Shown: positions 1 through 2,617 of the stretch, piece after piece
Numbering within the stretch: the stretch's first letter is position 1
Layout of the letters: each line of letters begins with the position of its first letter
Assembly (NCBI GenBank): GCA_000004695.1
Contig: CH709162.1
Location: forward strand, 1 to 2,617
DNA: 2,617 nt
Reading direction: 5' to 3'
Source: Dictyostelium discoideum
Taxonomy: Eukaryota
The notes under the pieces: model-generated
What the model was told of the DNA's origin: nothing
The model's input: only the letters and a program-made list of their open reading frames with translations
The model's database searches: none
Made by a program: the position numbers and the translations under genes

Positions 1-335
1 TTTTTATTTTTATTTTTTAAATCTTTAAATTGTTGACCACTTTTATAATTTGTATAAATTCCAGTTTCAAAATCTGTATCAAAATCTATTCTTTCAAAAA
101 ATTGCTTTTTATTTAATAAAGTTTCTAATACTTTTTTAATTTCAAAATAAAAAATTGAGTGATCATAATTTTTATTTATAAATGTTTCTCCTTTTATTTG
201 AAAATCTTCCATAAATAATTTATCCATATATTGAGGAGAGAATCTTATTTGATTTAAATTGGTTTTATTTTTGTCAATAAAACTTTTAAATTTTTCAAGT
301 AGCTTTAAACTTATTGAGTTTTCAATTCCCAACAT
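1..335 (-). CDS. 5' portion (at least 112 codons from first ATG at 333-335; open frame extends to about 417) of a protein-coding gene running off the left edge of the window. Function unknown, Lys/Asn/Phe-rich (MLGIENSISLKLLEKFKSFIDKNKTNLNQIRFSPQYMDKLFMEDFQIKGETFINKNYDHSIFYFEIKKVLETLLNKKQFFERIDFDTDFETGIYTNYKSGQQFKDLKNKNK...)
   Basis: Manual reverse-complement translation of 1-420 gives 139 consecutive sense codons with no TAA/TAG/TGA in DNA of about 20% GC, where stops should occur every 10-15 codons by chance. The frame is closed upstream by a TAA at 418-420. It is absent from the supplied ORF track only because it leaves the window. The ATG at 335 has a weak Kozak context, so the true start or an upstream exon is uncertain. 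Confidence 0.55.
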   Translation of the reverse strand, partial: MLGIENSISLKLLEKFKSFIDKNKTNLNQIRFSPQYMDKLFMEDFQIKGETFINKNYDHSIFYFEIKKVLETLLNKKQFFERIDFDTDFETGIYTNYKSGQQFKDLKNKNK

Positions 336-562
336 TAAAAATTCAATTTCAGTTTCATTTAATTTTTTTTTTAAAGCAATTAATAAAAGCTTAAAAAAGG
401 ATTGATAAGTAATTTTAAATTACATTAAAAATAACTTTTTTAAATTTATTATAAAGAGATTAAAACATTATTTAAAAACTGCTTTATAATAAATTTAAAA
501 GGACATTTTTAATGAAATTTTAAATGACCTTAAAAATATCTTTAAAATTACCTTTTTAAAAA

Positions 563-595
563 GCAAATTTAAAGCCAATTTAAAGCAAATTTAAA
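563..595. repeat. Three tandem copies of an 11-bp unit: GCAAATTTAAA / GCCAATTTAAA / GCAAATTTAAA
   Basis: Read directly at 563-573, 574-584 and 585-595. The period of about 11 bp equals one helical turn, so the A/T tracts are in phase (a possible intrinsic DNA bend or factor-site array). Confidence 0.8.
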
Positions 596-672
596 CTGTA
601 TTTGCTTGAAATAGGCTTTAAAGGTGCATTTTTCTTTGCTGTGTATATATTATGAATAACATTTATTTATTT

Positions 673-683
673 GAATTTCCGAA
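673..683 (+). promoter_or_regulatory. Weak or imperfect HSE-like site GAAtTTCcGAA (1-nt instead of 2-nt spacers)
   Basis: GAA 673-675, TTC 677-679, GAA 681-683. The spacing is non-canonical, so the site is only suggestive. Confidence 0.25.
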
Positions 684-702
684 ATATCTAAGATAATTTT
701 TT

Positions 703-727
703 AGAATGTTCTAGAACATTCGAAGAA
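703..727 (+). promoter_or_regulatory. Canonical heat-shock element (HSF binding site). Four contiguous perfect alternating 5-bp units aGAAt-gTTCt-aGAAc-aTTCg form the perfect 18-bp palindrome GAATGTTCTAGAACATTC (704-721). They are followed by a head-to-head TTCGAA and an extra GAA.
   Basis: Sequence read: GAA 704-706, TTC 709-711, GAA 714-716, TTC 719-721, GAA 722-724, GAA 725-727. The 2-bp spacers match the nGAAnnTTCn consensus exactly. Three or more contiguous units are sufficient for trimeric HSF binding (established knowledge). It lies about 110 bp upstream of the ATG at 834. Confidence 0.6.
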
Positions 728-736
728 TAAAAAATT

Positions 737-762
737 TTCGAAAGAAAAGTAAAAATTTCGAA
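737..762 (+). promoter_or_regulatory. Two additional TTCGAA dyads (737-742 and 757-762), spaced 18 and 20 bp from the TTCGAA inside the main HSE
   Basis: The three TTCGAA hexamers at 719-724, 737-742 and 757-762 repeat roughly every two helical turns. These may be accessory HSF half-sites or a different factor's sites. Confidence 0.3.
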
Positions 763-768
763 CCGGCA

Positions 769-785
769 CAATGATGCGATCATTG
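769..785. other. Inverted repeat CAATGAT-gcg-ATCATTG (7-bp arms, 3-nt spacer) inside a short island of about 50% GC (763-795) embedded in promoter DNA of about 15% GC
   Basis: Arms at 769-775 and 779-785 are exact reverse complements. The surrounding CCGGCACAATGATGCGATCATTGAGCAAGGTCG is conspicuously GC-rich for this window. Confidence 0.5.
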
Positions 786-812
786 AGCAAGGTCGAAAAA
801 CATAAAAATTAA
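771..812 (+). other. Possible 13-codon upstream ORF (MMRSLSKVEKHKN*), in frame with the main ATG at 834 and ending 21 nt before it
   Basis: ATGATG at 771-776, TAA at 810-812. It is relevant only if transcription starts upstream of 771, and the TSS cannot be determined from sequence. Confidence 0.2.
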
Positions 813-815
813 ATA
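802..815 (+). promoter_or_regulatory. TATA-like A/T element ATAAAAATTAAATA about 20-30 bp upstream of the ATG. An alternative TATATATTA is at 645-653.
   Basis: This is a motif match only, in a region where A/T-rich matches are expected by chance. Confidence 0.2.
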
Positions 816-833
816 GAAACCTTTGATTTAAGA

Positions 834-1286
834 ATGAAATCAATGGAAGATCAAATCAACAACCTTTCCTTAGCCTTTACAAGATTCATGAAAGAACCAA
901 TGTTCTATTCTAATAAAAATTCACGTAGCCAACCTTCTCATGATAACTCTGACACTGAGAATGAACAAAGTGAAGATGAATCAAGTAACAATTTCGATGT
1001 TTCAACCGATTATCAATTATCCGATACCTTACTTGGTCAGTACAAACATATGGTAAACAATCAAGGTTTACTCGTAGAAGAAGAATGTATCCTCAAGAAA
1101 GATGAGATATCCGAATTGAATAAAGTATTCAACTTTCCATCTAACTTCCAAGTGAATGTCGCTCCATTTATTACACCTGAAGGTAATTCTGTATCATCCA
1201 ACTTCAAAAACAATGATACTGACTTGTTGATTGTCGAAAAGAGAATCAACGATAGCTTGAAACCTTTGATTCTCTTTTTTTTATAA
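834..1286 (+). CDS. Intact 150-aa ORF encoding an acidic (D+E 24 vs K+R 13), Ser/Asn-rich, probably disordered protein with a short hydrophobic C-terminus (LKPLILFFL). I recognise no domain. It is putatively heat-shock regulated.
   Basis: ATG with A at -3 (agaATGa). There are 150 sense codons with no stop in AT-rich DNA. GC is about 34%, above the flanks. Codons are C-ending 'optimal-type' (ttc, aac, atc, tcc, acc, gtc, ggt). The HSE lies 110 bp upstream and an AATAAA cluster 27-60 nt downstream of the stop. Confidence 0.65.
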   Translation: MKSMEDQINNLSLAFTRFMKEPMFYSNKNSRSQPSHDNSDTENEQSEDESSNNFDVSTDYQLSDTLLGQYKHMVNNQGLLVEEECILKKDEISELNKVFNFPSNFQVNVAPFITPEGNSVSSNFKNNDTDLLIVEKRINDSLKPLILFFL

Positions 1287-1312
1287 ATTTTTTGATATTT
1301 ATTAACAATTAG

Positions 1313-1347
1313 AATAAAAAATATATATAAAAAATAAATAAAATAAA
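1313..1347 (+). terminator. Cluster of AATAAA polyadenylation-signal hexamers (1313-1318, 1333-1338, 1337-1342, 1342-1347) in the presumptive 3' UTR of the 834-1286 gene
   Basis: The hexamers were read directly. In DNA this AT-rich they may occur by chance. Confidence 0.35.
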
Positions 1348-1444
1348 AGAATGATTTACATACTAAATTTTAATTCTACGATAAGTCTTAACAAATATTG
1401 TTTAATATTATATAAAATTTTTGTTTTAAATAATGCGTTTTATT

Positions 1445-1465
1445 AAAAAAAAAAAAAAAAAAAAA
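1445..1465. repeat. A21 homopolymer
   Basis: Read directly. Confidence 0.95.
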
Positions 1466-1489
1466 CATATGAAAAGTGAAAATTTTTTC

Positions 1490-1503
1490 AAAAAAAAAAA
1501 AAA
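1490..1503. repeat. A14 homopolymer
   Basis: Read directly. Confidence 0.95.
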
Positions 1504-1638
1504 CTTTTTTTCGAAACAACTCGGCTTATTCCCAAATAACTCCATCTTTTTTAAAAATAACTTTATTTATTCAGAATTAATTCAATTATTCACTGATAGG
1601 TCCATTGTAGTATTTCATTTTAATTTTAAATCTTATAA

Positions 1639-1653
1639 TTTTTTTTTTTTTTT
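1639..1653. repeat. T15 homopolymer (followed by T8 at 1659-1666). It lies inside the decayed C-terminal part of the integrase relic.
   Basis: Read directly. Confidence 0.95.
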
Positions 1654-1838
1654 CATTATTTTTTTTCACTTGAAAAGGTGTAAATATAGAAGTAGAAGAT
1701 ATTGTATTATTGATTGAAAATTGAACCACTTTTAAGTACAATGTCCAGGAACTATTATGAATATTATTAATATCAGTCATATCAAGCTCTGGATTTTCAG
1801 AGGTTTGGCTTGTAATAAAGTTTTACGTAAAGCGTTTG

Positions 1839-2120
1839 CTAAGACTCTAACTTATATCTCTGCTTGACCGTCGCCTGATGATGATAGGGTAAGCATGTGT
1901 GATGTTTGACATTATTATTAATTAAGAACTTGGACCATGAGTTACTTGAGAATAACGGATCATTATCTGAAATAATTACGGATGGAAATCTAAATGTAAA
2001 CATAACTTGATCTTGTGACAATGGAAAAATATCTTTTGAATTAGTAGATGATGGAATTGGTATGAGTACGACATATTTGGATAATCGGTCAACTACAATT
2101 AATATTCTATTAAAGTTCAA
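1839..2120 (-). mobile_element. Integrase DDE catalytic core (rve-type) of the relic. D1 is in VVDRLSKY and D2 in ISDNDP. The catalytic E (QTDGQTER) is apparently replaced in QATVKQRY.
   Basis: It is a 93-codon open stretch, and the motif order and spacing match retroviral/gypsy integrases. Confidence 0.75.
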
Positions 2121-2220
2121 TTTGATTAATTGTACATTTGTTCAAACTTGAAAGGAAATCCATGCTAATTTCACTAAAACATCTTGATGGTGAAAGAGGT
2201 GATAGTAATCCAATTTGATG

Positions 2221-2436
2221 TTTCCTTGAATCGGAGGCACAAATACATATTTTATAATTACTACAATAATCTTTGATATCAGCAATCACTCCTTTTCAAA
2301 AGAAGTTTCTTTTTATTTAATCAATGGTTTTGAAACTACTTCAATGACCTGCTAGTGCTGAATCATGATGTATGGAAATTACTTGATTAATTACAAAAGT
2401 CTCTAATGGTATTATTACAATAATATTTTCATTATC
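2221..2436 (-). mobile_element. Integrase N-terminal HHCC zinc-finger region of the relic (H-H from IHHDSALAGH, C-C from DYCSNYKICIC), interrupted by TGA 2341-2343, TAA 2317-2319 and TGA 2296-2298
   Basis: See the pseudogene entry. Stop positions come from manual reverse-complement translation. Confidence 0.7.
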
Positions 2437-2535
2437 TTTTAAGCATTGATCTAATGGATAAGTGTTTAATTGTTGATATTGGTTAGTAACTTTTTGAAGT
2501 TTGATAAATTTCCGCAAGAAAAAATTCAAAAAATG

Positions 2536-2552
2536 AAAAAAAAAAAAAAAAA
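2536..2552. repeat. A17 homopolymer immediately 5' (minus-strand sense) of the recognisable integrase N-terminus
   Basis: Read directly. Confidence 0.95.
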
Positions 2553-2617
2553 TTGTTAAAAATGTTTTTTTCGATATTATAATAATATGAAGTTTGATCT
2601 TGGAAAAATTAATTTAT

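Larger units (their letters stand above)
419..833. promoter_or_regulatory. Divergent intergenic/promoter region between the minus-strand gene (start <=335/417) and the plus-strand ORF (ATG 834). It is extremely AT-rich, with many TTTAAA(A) motifs and phased A-tracts.
   Basis: It is bounded by two outward-facing stop-free ORFs. GC drops to about 15%. Recurrent TTTAAA/AAATTT motifs appear throughout 430-600. Confidence 0.45.
1586..2529 (-). pseudogene. Degenerate integrase of a Ty3/gypsy-type LTR retrotransposon (retroviral-class IN: HHCC zinc finger + DDE core + post-core AEFAYNN-like segment). At least 5 in-frame stops and at least 2 frameshifts make it a non-functional relic.
   Basis: Minus-strand translation carries these motifs collinearly. 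2436-2344 reads IIVIIPLETFVINQVISIHHDSALAGH, corresponding to YVP..LR..IL.E.HDSPLAGH. 2340-2221 reads SSFKTID*IKRNFF*KGVIADIKDYCSNYKICICASDSRK, corresponding to KT...LKRRYYWPGM...YV..C..CQ..K, with TGA exactly at the conserved W. 2220-2161 reads HQIGLLSPLSPSRCFSEISM, then DFLSS, corresponding to P.GLLQPLPIP..PWE.ISMDFI. A frameshift follows near 2125. 2120-1842 reads ILIVVDRLSKYVVLIP...ISDNDPLFSSNSWSKFL...HTCLPYHHQATVKQR, corresponding to ILVVVDRFSK..HFIP...IVSDRDPKFTS.FW..L...STAYHPQTDGQTER. Stops are TAG at 1839-1841 and TGA at 1782-1784, with a 1-nt frameshift. 1780-1665 reads NSSWTLYLKVVQFSINNTISSTSIFTPFQV, corresponding to DW.ELLPLAEFAYNNS.H.STG.SPFEA. The 'M' residues at 2120 and 2529 in the ORF track are TTG codons, not ATG. 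Confidence 0.8.

Noticed and set aside
563-595. CRISPR-like or minisatellite array
   Set aside because: There are only three 11-bp units with no spacers, in eukaryotic promoter DNA. This is not a CRISPR array.
1061-1249. 62-aa minus-strand ORF inside the 834-1286 gene
   Set aside because: It is an antisense shadow ORF wholly contained in the much longer, better-supported plus-strand ORF.
1433-1717. 94-aa plus-strand ORF (MRFIKKKKKKK...)
   Set aside because: It is generated by the A21/A14 homopolymers (poly-Lys) and the poly-T run. It has extreme low complexity, no codon-usage signal, and overlaps the decayed tail of the integrase relic. It is spurious.
1586-1780. 64-aa minus ORF as an independent gene
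   Set aside because: Its sequence (SSWTLYLKVVQFSINNTISSTSIFTPFQV) aligns to the post-DDE AEFAYNN...SPFE segment of gypsy integrases. It is part of the relic, separated from the core by a stop and a 1-nt frameshift.
1782-2343. Alternative genetic code (TGA=Trp and/or TAA/TAG=Gln) that would make the integrase intact
   Set aside because: Frameshifts are also required, near 2125 and at 1781. The two intact genes together have 289 sense codons with no TAA, TAG or TGA at all. If these triplets were sense codons they would be abundant in such AT-rich coding DNA. Decay of a pseudogene is the simpler explanation.
1839-2529. Fungal RIP (repeat-induced point mutation) as the cause of the stops
   Set aside because: CpG and CpA/TpG dinucleotides are still plentiful in the relic (e.g. 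ccgtcgcc, acgg, tcgg). By eye there is no strong TpA excess over the flanks. A quantitative RIP index would be needed. It remains unsupported.
1-2617. tRNA, rRNA or other structured RNA genes. Also a prokaryotic defence or novel multi-gene system.
   Set aside because: No GC-rich segment of 70 nt or longer with cloverleaf potential exists. The only GC-rich patches are the 33-bp promoter island and integrase coding remnants. Gene content and signals (HSE, AATAAA, retroviral-type integrase) are eukaryotic, and no operon-like system is present.
2530-2617. Continuation of the retroelement (RNase H) upstream of the integrase
   Set aside because: Minus-strand translation there is dominated by poly-T/poly-A low complexity (IIIISKKTFLTIFFFFFHF) with no recognisable RNase H motifs. 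The element is either truncated here or too decayed to call.

Overview
This is very AT-rich eukaryotic nuclear DNA, roughly 15% GC between genes and 20-35% GC in ORFs, with long A/T homopolymer runs. Nothing here resembles a prokaryotic or defence system. I could support four things from the sequence. (1) A stop-free open frame on the minus strand runs from about 417 off the left edge. It looks like the 5' part of a gene of unknown function (first ATG at 333-335). The supplied ORF track does not list it because it leaves the window. (2) A 415-bp divergent intergenic/promoter region (419-833) carries an 11-bp x3 tandem repeat and a dense cluster of TTTAAA motifs. Its centrepiece is a textbook heat-shock element. 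Four contiguous alternating nGAAn/nTTCn units form a perfect 18-bp palindrome GAATGTTCTAGAACATTC (704-721). Two further TTCGAA dyads follow it and a weaker HSE-like site precedes it. (3) An intact 150-codon ORF (834-1286, + strand) lies about 110 bp downstream of the HSE. It encodes an acidic, Ser/Asn-rich orphan protein with no domain I recognise. It uses C-ending codons typical of highly expressed genes and has AATAAA hexamers just 3' of its stop. (4) On the minus strand (about 1586-2529) there is a decayed Ty3/gypsy-type (retroviral-class) integrase. The motifs are collinear: HHDSALAGH, a KT...FF[TGA]KG site corresponding to YWPGM, a C..C zinc-finger remnant, GLLSPL...ISMDF, VVDRLSKY, ISDNDPLF, and QFSINN...TPF corresponding to AEFAYNN...SPF. 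It is interrupted by in-frame TGA/TAA/TAG stops and at least two frameshifts, so it is a pseudogenised retrotransposon relic, not a live element. Most other listed ORFs (1061-1249 minus, 1433-1717 plus) are spurious. Minus ORFs 1586-1780, 1839-2120 and 2341-2529 are pieces of the integrase relic. I cannot name the organism. The composition, codon usage and gypsy relic fit an AT-rich fungus, a yeast-like organism or a social amoeba. I found no evidence for a novel multi-gene system. The most interesting item is the strong HSE driving a small orphan acidic protein.
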